A stretch of 64,000 nucleotides of DNA from Sulfobacillus benefaciens. GTDB taxonomy: Bacteria; Bacillota; Sulfobacillia; Sulfobacillales; Sulfobacillaceae. A program made the position numbers and the translations under genes. The DNA is taken from NCBI GenBank assembly GCA_003023695.1, contig PXYW01000002.1:89619-153618 (forward strand), given 5' to 3'. Positions 18,762-28,184 of the stretch are shown in pieces; the first letter of the stretch is position 1, and each line of letters begins with the position of its first letter. The notes under the pieces are model-generated. The model did no database searches. It was not told the origin of the DNA and saw only the letters and a program-made list of their open reading frames with translations.

Positions 18762-19799
18762 ATGGACCTTCATAACCAAAAAGGCGAACTTGATCGTCAA
18801 TGGTATCTTCGCAAGCTCAATCGGGCCATAAAAGACCGGTTACCGGAATTAGTCACCCATGAGGCTGTCATGGGTTCCGCTCCAAACCAACGGATCCGCA
18901 TGGCAGTACAAAAACTTGAGGAACCGGATTTTCGCTATCAACAAGAAACCGAGTCAGGTCAAGGTGCGGGCACTGGGCCCGGACACGGTGACAATGATGA
19001 CGTGGTATGGATCGAGCTAACGACGGAAGAAATCATGGATCTCCTGCTGGAAGATTTAAAACTGCCCCGTCTAGAGGAGAAGGCGGGAGGCGTTCTGCAA
19101 AGTGAAGAAGATCGCTATGACGATGTTTCCATTCATGGACCTTTGGCCAACGTTGACAAGCGGCGAAGCCTTTACCAAGCTGCTAAAGAAGGGCGCGACT
19201 ATTTAACCGAGGGCGATTTACGCTATCGCACATGGAAAACCTATCCCAAACCGGTAACATCTGCAATCATCACGTTGGTGCGCGATGCGTCGGGTTCCAT
19301 GAATGAAAGCAAACGGTATCTTTCCAAAGCTGCGGCCTGGTGGCTGGTGCAATGGATTAGAAAACAATACCGGGCTTCCGAAATTCGATATTTTCTGCAT
19401 ACCACGGTACCTGTAGCGGTCGATGAGAACGATTTTTTCAATCGAGAAATTACCGGTGGCACGGCCATCGGATCCACTTATCGGGCGATTGTTGATTTAT
19501 GGGACCAGGATTACCCAGTACATGACTTTAATCGCTATCTATTGCATTTCTCAGACGGAGATATTTGGCCCCGGTCTGATCCGAACCTAACCGACACAAT
19601 TCGGACAATATTAAGCACCGCATCCCTATTAGGATATTTCGAGATTGAAGGATATCGCGGCGACTCGCCGCTATGGACACTCCTCCATCACAGCGCTCAT
19701 ATTGACGGCCATTTTCATCCTGCTATGAGGATGGCGCGAATAGACGGCAAAGAGGATGTACTTCCCGCCATACGCACTATTGTCGGCGACAACACATGA
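18762..19799 (+). CDS. yhbH: YhbH/YeaH family protein (DUF444, vWA-like)
   Basis: ...DRQWYLRKLNRAIKDRLPELV..., an acidic linker, then VRDASGSM...FSDGD (vWA MIDAS-like). ATG at 18762 preceded by GGAGGG. Confidence 0.85.
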   Translation: MDLHNQKGELDRQWYLRKLNRAIKDRLPELVTHEAVMGSAPNQRIRMAVQKLEEPDFRYQQETESGQGAGTGPGHGDNDDVVWIELTTEEIMDLLLEDLKLPRLEEKAGGVLQSEEDRYDDVSIHGPLANVDKRRSLYQAAKEGRDYLTEGDLRYRTWKTYPKPVTSAIITLVRDASGSMNESKRYLSKAAAWWLVQWIRKQYRASEIRYFLHTTVPVAVDENDFFNREITGGTAIGSTYRAIVDLWDQDYPVHDFNRYLLHFSDGDIWPRSDPNLTDTIRTILSTASLLGYFEIEGYRGDSPLWTLLHHSAHIDGHFHPAMRMARIDGKEDVLPAIRTIVGDNT

Positions 19800-19823
19800 T
19801 TGTTCTCCTAAAAGGACCTGGAG

Positions 19824-21176
19824 GTGGTCATCGTGGTCCATGGAACACTGGATAGCTGGGTTACGGAAATGGTTGACCTCGCGCATGACAGCGCACTGGA
19901 ACCGCTCGCCACCGAATTTCATCTGGTCCCCGACGAAGAAATTTATACCTTGTCCTCTTATTTTGCGCCCGGCCGTTATCGGCATTGGACACATGGCGAA
20001 CGTTATTGGATGGCCAAGCAGCGCGATGAACACGGGATGGGCCGCATCTACGAGCTGGTGGTCAATAGCGACCCGGCGCTTGCCTATCTGCTCATCAAAA
20101 ACGCCGATGCCTATAACGTCTTAGTAGTCGCGCATGTGTTGGGCCATACCGACTTTTTTGCCCGCAATCACTTTTTAAGCGCGGTACGTCGTCCTCACGT
20201 CGGACTTTGGTTTGGGGAGCATGCGGCGTGGCTCGAAGATCTGCATCGTCGACAGAGTTTCGCACGAGTTGAGAAACTTATTGATGCTGCCCACACGTTG
20301 CATCAACTTGTGGACCCCTACTATCGAGCGCCACAATTGCGGACAAGGCCCGAACCGAACGTGCGGCCCACTCGATCATTTGATTGGGTGAAAGAACTTT
20401 ATCGCGGGAACGACAATGAGGTAAAAGATGACATTAGTTATACCCCAAATTACCGGGTCTGGCCCAATACGCATGACGTTCTAGCCATTATCGCTGACTA
20501 TGGACATCTTGCGGATGAAGAGCGTACCGCCCTGCGGATGATCCGGGATGAAATGCTATATTTTCGTCCCCAGGCAGAAACCAAATTTATGAACGAAGGC
20601 TGGGCCACTTTTTGGCATGTGCGACTCACCCGTGCCTTTACCCAATGGGACGAGCAAGACCATATCGAAGCTATGCGAATGCACGCCATGGTCACCCAGC
20701 ATCAGCACTTTTTCAATCCCTATTATTTTGGCTGGACCCTATGGGAGCTCATTTTCGAACTCCATGGGCTGCAAACCTGTTTTGAAATCGTTGCCGACCA
20801 CACTGACCAGCAATGGGTGAATCAGTGGATTACTCCGGAATTAGTAAAATTGGCTCAAAACAAACAAGTGTGGCCGGTAGACCGTCAAGTTAACGGTCAA
20901 GATCCAACCCAAAAAACAGAATATTACCCTATTGATGATTTATTGCATGATGTGCAACAGGTTTTCGTTCCTGACGTCCCTGAGATTGGTGTCACGTCCA
21001 TGGACGCTTTGAGCCACAGTCTAGACTTAGCATACACGGGAAGCAAACCACTGCGTTCAGACTACACCCAGGATGTGGTCAATGCCATCGCCTATCTTTG
21101 GGGGGGCGATGTCAAGCTCGTGTCGCCGCATCACACCTGGTATGGACATGAAGCCGACTGGAGAAGGAGGTCTTAA
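19824..21176 (+). CDS. spoVR: SpoVR family protein
   Basis: ...YRHWTHGERYW...VVAHVLGHTDFFARN...MNEGWATFWH... are conserved SpoVR/YcgB blocks. GTG start; an alternative GTG lies at 19833. Confidence 0.85.
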   Translation: MVIVVHGTLDSWVTEMVDLAHDSALEPLATEFHLVPDEEIYTLSSYFAPGRYRHWTHGERYWMAKQRDEHGMGRIYELVVNSDPALAYLLIKNADAYNVLVVAHVLGHTDFFARNHFLSAVRRPHVGLWFGEHAAWLEDLHRRQSFARVEKLIDAAHTLHQLVDPYYRAPQLRTRPEPNVRPTRSFDWVKELYRGNDNEVKDDISYTPNYRVWPNTHDVLAIIADYGHLADEERTALRMIRDEMLYFRPQAETKFMNEGWATFWHVRLTRAFTQWDEQDHIEAMRMHAMVTQHQHFFNPYYFGWTLWELIFELHGLQTCFEIVADHTDQQWVNQWITPELVKLAQNKQVWPVDRQVNGQDPTQKTEYYPIDDLLHDVQQVFVPDVPEIGVTSMDALSHSLDLAYTGSKPLRSDYTQDVVNAIAYLWGGDVKLVSPHHTWYGHEADWRRRS

Positions 21177-21177
21177 T

Positions 21178-23079
21178 ATGGCACGCTTTGATACCACATG
21201 GTTAGCCCAGCATCAGCCGCCTACCGGTACATGGAATTGGGAGGGCAGTTTTGCCGACTACCTGCAGAAAGTTCAGGACAACCCTTCCGTGGCCGACTTA
21301 GCCCACGCACGTATTTATCGGATGATCATGTCCCATGGTTCCGAGAAACCGGAAAATCGAAGCGTTCCTCAGTATAATTTTTTTAGTCGCGAACTGTTTG
21401 GCATTGACGAAACCATCAACGAAATTGTCGAATACTTTGCTGCTGCCGCCCGAGGTATGGACATTCGCCGCCGTATCCTTTTAATGATGGGCAGTCCCGG
21501 TACTGGCAAATCCACTATCACCGCTATCATCAAAAAAGGTTTAGAAGAATATTCGCGTACGGAATCCGGAGCTCTTTACGCGATCAGTTTTTGCCCCCAG
21601 CAAGAAGAGCCTTTGCATCTCCTTCCCGAATCGGCCCGGATCGAGTTTATGCAAAATACCGGGGTAACCATCGAGGGAGACCTCTGTCCCTTTTGCCAAT
21701 GGACTGTTGACCACGAGTATCAGGGGAAACTGGAATCGGTTCCGGTCAAACGCGTGCTGATATCAGAGTCCCGGCGCATTGGCATCGGAACTTTTGCTCC
21801 ATCTGACAGCAAAGTCCAAGACATTAGCGAATTGGTGGGAAGCATGGATTTATCCACTATTTCCCGTTACGGCTCAGAATCCGATCCACGCGCCTATCGC
21901 TTTGATGGTGCGTTTAATGCAGCAAATCGCGGCATCATGGAATTTATTGAGATGCTCAAAGCGCAACCCGATTTTTTGCATGGTCTTTTAACCTTGGCTC
22001 AGGAACGTAAAATAAAGGTCGGGCGGTTTGGACTGTTTGACGCCGATGAGGCGATTGTCGCGCATACCAACGAAAACGAATTTGAACGATTTATCTCCAA
22101 CAAGGCTTATGAAGCCTTACACAATCGCGTACTGCTGATTAAAGTCCCTTACAATCTTACGGTGACCCAAGAAATCCGTACTTATCAAAAAATGATGAAT
22201 TTGACCACGGATGACGGATCTAAACACATTGCTCCCAACACCTTAAAGGTCGCCGCTATGTTTGGCATCGGCACGAGGCTCAAGCATGACGCCAAGTTCT
22301 CCATTAAAGAAAAACTCGTGCTCTATGATGGCGAAGAACTGCCTGACGTGCAACAACGAGAAATTCAGCGAGTACGCCAGCAAGCGCGCAGTGATGGCGA
22401 AGGCTTTCAGGGAATTTCCCCGCGTCATATTTTAGATGCGCTCTCGTATGCCATGGCCAGCGAATCTGAGCCTTGCGTGACACCGACCGCGATGCTGAAG
22501 GCAATAAAAGAAAGCTTTGAGCAGCATATCACCCAAGTCAAAAACCAGGACTTGCTCGAATCGCTCAAAGCCACCCATGAGTTATATGACGAAGCAGCTA
22601 AAAACGAGATACAGCGTGCCTTTGTGGACTCTTTTCAAGATGCCGCCCAATTGCTTTATGATAATTACTTGGAGCATGCCGAAGCCCGCATCATGCACAC
22701 CACGGTAAAGGATCCCATCACCGGGGAAGAAGTGGAACCCAACGAAAAAACCCTACAGAGTTTGGAGAAATCTCTGGGCATTTCTGAAGCAGCGGCCACA
22801 GCCTTTCGTCAGGAGATGGTCAACAAAGCCGGGGCAATGGCTCGACGCGGTCAATCACTCAAATGGGATGCCCACCCCAAAATGAAGGAGGCGATCGAAA
22901 AGAAATTGTTTGCCGACGTGGCTAATCTGGTCAAAGTGACCACGTCAACCAAAGTTCTCAATGATCAGCAAAAGAACCGAGTGACCGAGGTCAAGCGGCG
23001 GCTAGTGGAAGAAATGGGGTATTGTGACTACTGCGCCCAAGAACTGCTAGACTATGTAGGATATTTGCTGACCAACTAA
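21178..23079 (+). CDS. prkA: PrkA family serine protein kinase (AAA+ like)
   Basis: W.GSFADYLQKVQDNP N-terminus and Walker A GSPGTGKST. ATG at 21178 preceded by GAGAAGGAGG; it begins right after the spoVR stop. Confidence 0.9.
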   Translation: MARFDTTWLAQHQPPTGTWNWEGSFADYLQKVQDNPSVADLAHARIYRMIMSHGSEKPENRSVPQYNFFSRELFGIDETINEIVEYFAAAARGMDIRRRILLMMGSPGTGKSTITAIIKKGLEEYSRTESGALYAISFCPQQEEPLHLLPESARIEFMQNTGVTIEGDLCPFCQWTVDHEYQGKLESVPVKRVLISESRRIGIGTFAPSDSKVQDISELVGSMDLSTISRYGSESDPRAYRFDGAFNAANRGIMEFIEMLKAQPDFLHGLLTLAQERKIKVGRFGLFDADEAIVAHTNENEFERFISNKAYEALHNRVLLIKVPYNLTVTQEIRTYQKMMNLTTDDGSKHIAPNTLKVAAMFGIGTRLKHDAKFSIKEKLVLYDGEELPDVQQREIQRVRQQARSDGEGFQGISPRHILDALSYAMASESEPCVTPTAMLKAIKESFEQHITQVKNQDLLESLKATHELYDEAAKNEIQRAFVDSFQDAAQLLYDNYLEHAEARIMHTTVKDPITGEEVEPNEKTLQSLEKSLGISEAAATAFRQEMVNKAGAMARRGQSLKWDAHPKMKEAIEKKLFADVANLVKVTTSTKVLNDQQKNRVTEVKRRLVEEMGYCDYCAQELLDYVGYLLTN

Positions 23080-23084
23080 AACCA

Positions 23085-23124
23085 ATATCCCCCTCCCGAA
23101 CAACCGCAGGAGGGGGATATTTTC
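23085..23124. terminator. bidirectional hairpin terminator between prkA and glnA
   Basis: 12-bp stem ATATCCCCCTCC/GGAGGGGGATAT with a 12-nt loop, T-run after it on the plus strand, located between convergent genes. Confidence 0.8.
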
Positions 23125-23157
23125 TTGGAGAGTTAGCCTCAAGACAGCAATGACTGT

Positions 23158-24588
23158 TTACGCGTTGAAATACAGCTCAAATTCCATCGGATGCGGTCGC
23201 AGGTTCACCACATCGACTTCATTAGTCCGCTTGTACTCAATCCAGGTCTTGATCAAGTCTTCACTGAATACATTACCCTGCAACAAAAATTCGTGATCTT
23301 TCTCTAATGCCGCTAAGGACTCGCCAAATGATCCGGGAACACTGCCGATTTTCGCCAATTCCTCGGGGGGCAAGGTGTAAATATTTTTGTCTAGCGGACC
23401 AAAACCCATCTTTATTGGATCCAGCTCACGGCGCACCCCATCTAATCCTGCCATCAAAATAGCAGCAAATGCTAAGTACGGGTTTGAGGTGGCATCAGGC
23501 GTTCGGAATTCAATGCGGCTGGCCTGTGGCTTGTCGTTAACCGGAATTCGAATGGCCGCGGAACGATTGCCACGGGAAAATACAATGTTCACCGGTGCCT
23601 CATAGCCCGGTACCAGTCTCCGATAGGAATTGGTGGAGGGGTTGGTAAAGGCCAGCAATGCTGGGGCATGGCTTAAAATCCCCGCAATATAGCTTAACGC
23701 CATGGGTGACATATGAGCATAGCCCTCTTCGGAATAAAAGAGCGGCGTCGAATCTTTCCATAGCGATTGATGCACGTGCATCCCATTGCCGTTATCCCCA
23801 AAAATTGGTTTGGGCATAAAGGTCACAGTCTTCCCGAAGGAGTTCGCCACATTGCGCAACACATATTTATACATCATGACGGTGTCGGCTTGTTTAGTCA
23901 GTGTTGAGAAACGCAAATCAATTTCCCCCTGCCCTCCAGACGCCACCTCGTGATGGTGCATTTCCACCCGAATTCCCACTTTTTGCAGCATTTTTACCAT
24001 GGCCGAGCGCACGGCATGCGTCGCATCCAAAGGAGGCGCGGGGAAATATCCTTCTTTAGGTCGTAATGTGTGGCCCAGTCCTCCTTCGCGACCCGAATTC
24101 CAGTGACCCTCAGCCGAATCTACGGCATACATTGACTCATGCCCGTGGTTGACAAAGCGCGCAGAATCAAAGATGAAAAATTCCAGTTCAGGTCCCCAAA
24201 ATGAGGAGTCAGCAATTCCGCTGGACTTTAGATACGCTTCCGCATTTTGAGCGATTCGTCGAGGGTCGCGCTGATAAGGAACATGCTGCGGATCCGTGAT
24301 GTCAGCTATGATGCTTAGTGTCGGCACCTCGTAGAACGGATCGACAACCGCCGTTGACGGGTCCGGAATCATAAGCATGTCGCTTTCTTCTATGCCACGA
24401 TACCCTCGCAAACTAGACCCGTCAAAAGGCACCCCGGACTCAAAAGTTTCCTCGTCAATTTCGCTCACGGGCAACGTCACATGGTGCCAGGTGCCTGGCA
24501 AATCGATCAAATGTAGGTCCACCATCTCAATATTCTGCTCTCGGATTAGTCGCAACACATCTTCAGCTTTCACACGAATCCCCCTCAT
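23158..24588 (-). CDS. glnA: glutamine synthetase type I
   Basis: GS-I blocks are present: FDGSS..G, DNGNGMHVHQSLW, NPSTNSYRRLVPGYEAP. The start may instead be the GTG at 24573, which has AGGGGG upstream; the ORF-track start at 24624 is unlikely. Confidence 0.93.
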   Translation of the reverse strand: MRGIRVKAEDVLRLIREQNIEMVDLHLIDLPGTWHHVTLPVSEIDEETFESGVPFDGSSLRGYRGIEESDMLMIPDPSTAVVDPFYEVPTLSIIADITDPQHVPYQRDPRRIAQNAEAYLKSSGIADSSFWGPELEFFIFDSARFVNHGHESMYAVDSAEGHWNSGREGGLGHTLRPKEGYFPAPPLDATHAVRSAMVKMLQKVGIRVEMHHHEVASGGQGEIDLRFSTLTKQADTVMMYKYVLRNVANSFGKTVTFMPKPIFGDNGNGMHVHQSLWKDSTPLFYSEEGYAHMSPMALSYIAGILSHAPALLAFTNPSTNSYRRLVPGYEAPVNIVFSRGNRSAAIRIPVNDKPQASRIEFRTPDATSNPYLAFAAILMAGLDGVRRELDPIKMGFGPLDKNIYTLPPEELAKIGSVPGSFGESLAALEKDHEFLLQGNVFSEDLIKTWIEYKRTNEVDVVNLRPHPMEFELYFNA

Positions 24589-24647
24589 GTTTAACAATGT
24601 CCGCCATCTGTGGCACTTTCTCACTACAATCTCTCAGTATGGTATTA

Positions 24648-24677
24648 AGTATATGTAGGAGATTCACTATATGTCAA
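24648..24677 (-). promoter_or_regulatory. putative sigma-A promoter of glnA
   Basis: On the minus strand, TTGACA (24677..24672), an 18-nt spacer, then TATACT (24653..24648), about 60 nt upstream of the start. Confidence 0.5.
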
Positions 24678-24768
24678 TCCATCATGTTAAGTATTATTTA
24701 AAAACCTCACATATTACTCTTCTTGTTCCGGTTGTTTTCAGCATGCGTATTCAAGTCCCTGTCCATAC

Positions 24769-24796
24769 AAAAAAAGAGCCCAGAAATCCTGGGCTC
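24769..24796 (-). terminator. Rho-independent terminator of the SOD gene
   Basis: Stem GAGCCCA/TGGGCTC (24776-24782 and 24790-24796), followed on the minus strand by TTTTTTT. Confidence 0.8.
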
Positions 24797-24817
24797 ACAA
24801 CGTATGTTATCCGGAGT

Positions 24818-25417
24818 TTAGATGTGATACTTCGCCAACCGTGTATTGACCTCGTTCCAGTCCAAATTCTTCATGAAGGCGTCAATATACGGGGCGCGTT
24901 TCACGCCATAATCAATGCCGTAGGCATGCTCGTAGACATCCAATATCAGGAGCGGATAGGCACCCCACGGCACCCCGATATTATGGGCGTCTTGGCCATA
25001 GATGTGTAGTTTTTCGTCGTCAAGGTCATAGGCCAACACGACCCAGCCACGCACCGCTAATCCCGTCGCCTTAAATTCGGTTTCAAACTTTTGATACGAG
25101 CCAAAGTCCCGATCGATGAGTTCCCGAATCCGTCCTTGGGCTTCGCCGCCGTGTCCCCCAAGGTTGTCAAAATACCACTCATGGAGCTTGGATCCGTTGA
25201 GACAAAAGGTTTCTTCGGTCTTTAGACTCCGCAGTTCGCTAAAAGACTGATTGGCCGCAGCAAAATCCACGGTGTCCATTTTGCGACGGATTTCGTTGAG
25301 CTTATTCACATACCCTTTGTACAAAATCCCATAGTGTTGGTCGACTTCTTCTTTGCTAATGCCTTCCATGGTCAGGCAACTGTTCTTTAAATCACGGTAC
25401 TGGCGATCCTCTGCCAT
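24818..25417 (-). CDS. Fe/Mn-family superoxide dismutase (divergent N-terminal domain)
   Basis: C-terminal DVYEHAYG (the D..H ligands), LHEWYF (His ligand) and QHYGILYKGYVNKLN (first His ligand and Tyr34 equivalent). Confidence 0.8.
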   Translation of the reverse strand: MAEDRQYRDLKNSCLTMEGISKEEVDQHYGILYKGYVNKLNEIRRKMDTVDFAAANQSFSELRSLKTEETFCLNGSKLHEWYFDNLGGHGGEAQGRIRELIDRDFGSYQKFETEFKATGLAVRGWVVLAYDLDDEKLHIYGQDAHNIGVPWGAYPLLILDVYEHAYGIDYGVKRAPYIDAFMKNLDWNEVNTRLAKYHI

Positions 25418-25557
25418 TGTTCAACCTCCTCCGTCTGCTTTCAGGAATTTCCTGGGACTCCAGAGAATAGTATATCAAATTGCGTCAACCTGAACATGTT
25501 GCTTCGATGTCGGTGTTGACATATCCTGAAAACACGTCGTGACTACAAGGAGGCGGC

Positions 25558-26655
25558 TTGGTGCTACCACGCTCAGATATTTTGCAATTGCCAGGATACA
25601 CTCCAGGTCGTTCAATACATACCGTGCAACAAGAAACTGGCCGAACCGATGTCGTGAAATTGGCATCCAACGAGAGCTTATGGGGGCCATCACCCAAGGT
25701 CTTGGCCGCACTAAAGACTATGGGAGAAAAAATTTTGTATTATCCCGAGGTTAAATCGCAACCCCTTTTGGATCGAATCGGCGAAGCTCATCACATCGAC
25801 CCCAGCCTGCTTTTGGTGGGCAATGGAGCCGACGAACTGTTGCGGCTGGTCGCGGCCGCTTTTGTCAACCCAGGAGATGAGGTCATTTATCCCCGTCCCA
25901 GCTTTGCTGCCTACGGCCACGCCACCCGATTATCAGGAGGTGAAGGAGTTACAGTCCCCTTAACTGCCACGGGGTCCGTCGATTTAACCGCGGTATTGTC
26001 AGCCATAACAACAAAAACTCGCCTCATTTATCTATGCAATCCCAACAACCCGACGGGGGGAGCCTTTAACCAAGCCGAATGGGACTGGTTTGTGGGTCAA
26101 ATCCCCCATGATATCGTAGTGGTTGTCGATGAAGCCTATCGAGAATACGCCAACATGGCAGATTATCCCGATGTCGAGTCGTTAATCCAAAGCGGTCGAC
26201 CGTTCGTTATGGTGCGCACCTTTTCTAAGATCTACGGACTCGCCGCGCTGCGAATTGGTTGGGCAATGGCCCCGGCGGCCATTATCGACTGGTTGTACCG
26301 TGTCCGGGAACCATTTTCAGTAAATCTCGCCGCAGAAACCGCAGCTTTAGCGGCGTTGGACGATTCGGCCTGGATAGCGGAGGTACAGAAAGCCACCCTT
26401 AAGGTGCGAGAATCTGCCATGGACCAGATTCAGCGCCTAGGTTTTGAGGCATGGCCCAGTCAAGCCAACTTTATCACTATCAAACTCCCGAGCGACAGCG
26501 CGGCATGGGCAAAAGCACTGGAAAACCGAGGATATATCGTAAGAGCTACTGATAGCTTTGGTTTACCACGCAATATCCGAGTGACCATGGCACCAAATTC
26601 CGTGATGCAAGCTTTTCTTGATACGTTAAAAACCTTAGCGCACGATGGATTCTAA
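25558..26655 (+). CDS. hisC: histidinol-phosphate aminotransferase
   Basis: LASNESLWGPSP..., NPNNPTG, SKIYGLAALRIGW (PLP Lys). GTG start preceded by AAGGAGG. Confidence 0.92.
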   Translation: MVLPRSDILQLPGYTPGRSIHTVQQETGRTDVVKLASNESLWGPSPKVLAALKTMGEKILYYPEVKSQPLLDRIGEAHHIDPSLLLVGNGADELLRLVAAAFVNPGDEVIYPRPSFAAYGHATRLSGGEGVTVPLTATGSVDLTAVLSAITTKTRLIYLCNPNNPTGGAFNQAEWDWFVGQIPHDIVVVVDEAYREYANMADYPDVESLIQSGRPFVMVRTFSKIYGLAALRIGWAMAPAAIIDWLYRVREPFSVNLAAETAALAALDDSAWIAEVQKATLKVRESAMDQIQRLGFEAWPSQANFITIKLPSDSAAWAKALENRGYIVRATDSFGLPRNIRVTMAPNSVMQAFLDTLKTLAHDGF

Positions 26656-26679
26656 TCAATATCTTGACAATATTCCACA

Positions 26680-27540
26680 ATGCGGTTAGTGTATCCACAG
26701 GACTTTCGTACGGTGATGCATTATCTTGGTGAGGTGCCCGAATTGCAACAATGGCTGAATAAAAACCTGCAGCAGTATCAATTATTAGTTGACCTACTAA
26801 CCGGGTTATTAGACCGCGGGTTTTATCCTGTTCCCACTGATCCCACGGGTCACCAGAACTTTAGAATGGACCACACGCTCGCTATTATTGATACGCTGAA
26901 CCGCTTTCCTTATCGTGAACCAAATGGCCCCTTGAAAGTATTCTCCACGGGCCCAGTCTATAAGCCTACGTCGTCACAATGGACAGAAACGGTCGACGTT
27001 GAAATTTTAGGGGGAACTCCTGCGGAATCCCTAGCCCTGGTCGATGATCTGCTGCTCTGGCTGTGTCGGGGAGCAACCCGACCCCACTTGGTTGTCGGAA
27101 ACCTGGCAAGTCTCCACCGTGCGTTGGACGCCGCAGGATTAACCGACTTAGAAATCACTACCGTGATGAGCCATCTGAGAAATGGTAACCGAGTGGATGC
27201 CGAGGCACTATTAGCAAATCGGGTCCCAGCATCTCACCGCATTTTTCATACGGTGGCATGGAGTCATTTCAAAACTGCAGGCACTTTTGATCTGCCACCG
27301 GAATACTACAGTTGGCTGGAAAAACTGACGCCCTTGAGTGATGTGTCTTGGGATTTGGCCTCTGTCGGAACCTGGCCGTATTACGATGGCCTCGTATTTA
27401 GTCTGTACGGACCAAACATCGGCCAGCCCCTCATTCGCGGCGGACAATTTCGTCTGGCACTGGGCGGCCGCTCCTGGCAGGGCATTGGCTTTACCGTGTT
27501 TGTCGGGGCATACGAACAATTTGTTCAGGGGGTTTCCTAA
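26680..27540 (+). CDS. hisZ: ATP phosphoribosyltransferase regulatory subunit (HisZ-like, unusually short)
   Basis: Sits immediately upstream of a short-form hisG. aaRS class II-like blocks (FRMDHTLAII, PLKVFSTGPVYK, DVEILGG, YYDGLVFSLY, GGQFRL). Only 286 aa. Confidence 0.7.
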   Translation: MRLVYPQDFRTVMHYLGEVPELQQWLNKNLQQYQLLVDLLTGLLDRGFYPVPTDPTGHQNFRMDHTLAIIDTLNRFPYREPNGPLKVFSTGPVYKPTSSQWTETVDVEILGGTPAESLALVDDLLLWLCRGATRPHLVVGNLASLHRALDAAGLTDLEITTVMSHLRNGNRVDAEALLANRVPASHRIFHTVAWSHFKTAGTFDLPPEYYSWLEKLTPLSDVSWDLASVGTWPYYDGLVFSLYGPNIGQPLIRGGQFRLALGGRSWQGIGFTVFVGAYEQFVQGVS

Positions 27541-27545
27541 ATACC

Positions 27546-28184
27546 ATGTCAGAACTTACCGTGGCGATTGCCAAAGGAAGGATTTTGGATAGCTTTCGCG
27601 TCCTATGGGAGGGATCCGTTGGCCACTGGCCGATTCCCGACACTAGTCGCCAACTATGGTTCCCACCCACCGGCCAATCCCCCGGCATGTTGATTGCCAG
27701 GGCCCGCGACATTGCCACATTAGTGGCTCTCGGGGTAGCGGATGTCGGAGTCGTCGGTCTTGACGTGCTCCGTGAATATCCTACCCCTGATGTGCTGGAA
27801 GTCGCCGACTTAGAGATCTCACAATGCCGAGTAGTGATTGCCGGCACCCACACTGATTGGCCCGAGGGACCTGTCCGCATCGCCACAAAATATCCGAGAA
27901 TTGCTGACGCGTTTTTAAAGCAACACCAGATTGCCGGAGAATTAGTGTCTCTTTCCGGGAGCCTGGAACTGGCTCCTGTGTTAGGCTTAGCCTCTTATAT
28001 TATTGACATCGTGGATACCGGGCGCACTTTACGGGAGCACGATCTCTTTGAGGTGTCGACCATCATGGCATCCAGTGCTCGTCTGATAGCTAATCCCGCA
28101 CATTATTACACCAAGCCCGAAGTCCAAGAATTCCGTGACCGCATGGTCTGTATTCGGAAAGGAGCGCCCTATGCCAACTGTTGA
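27546..28184 (+). CDS. hisG: ATP phosphoribosyltransferase, short form
   Basis: LTVAIAKGRI..., DIVDTGRTLREH; 212 aa (HisG-S). Confidence 0.92.
   Translation: MSELTVAIAKGRILDSFRVLWEGSVGHWPIPDTSRQLWFPPTGQSPGMLIARARDIATLVALGVADVGVVGLDVLREYPTPDVLEVADLEISQCRVVIAGTHTDWPEGPVRIATKYPRIADAFLKQHQIAGELVSLSGSLELAPVLGLASYIIDIVDTGRTLREHDLFEVSTIMASSARLIANPAHYYTKPEVQEFRDRMVCIRKGAPYANC

Noticed and set aside
24678-24767. GlnR/TnrA operator upstream of glnA
   Set aside because: A TGTTAAG half-site (near 24685) resembles the B. subtilis glnRA operator, but I could not find a full TGTNA-N7-TNACA palindrome. No glnR gene precedes glnA here.
25418-25557. T-box or attenuator leader in front of the his operon
   Set aside because: Only about 140 nt separate the divergent sod and hisC starts. 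I see no specifier/T-box sequence, no terminator/antiterminator pair and no His-rich leader peptide.
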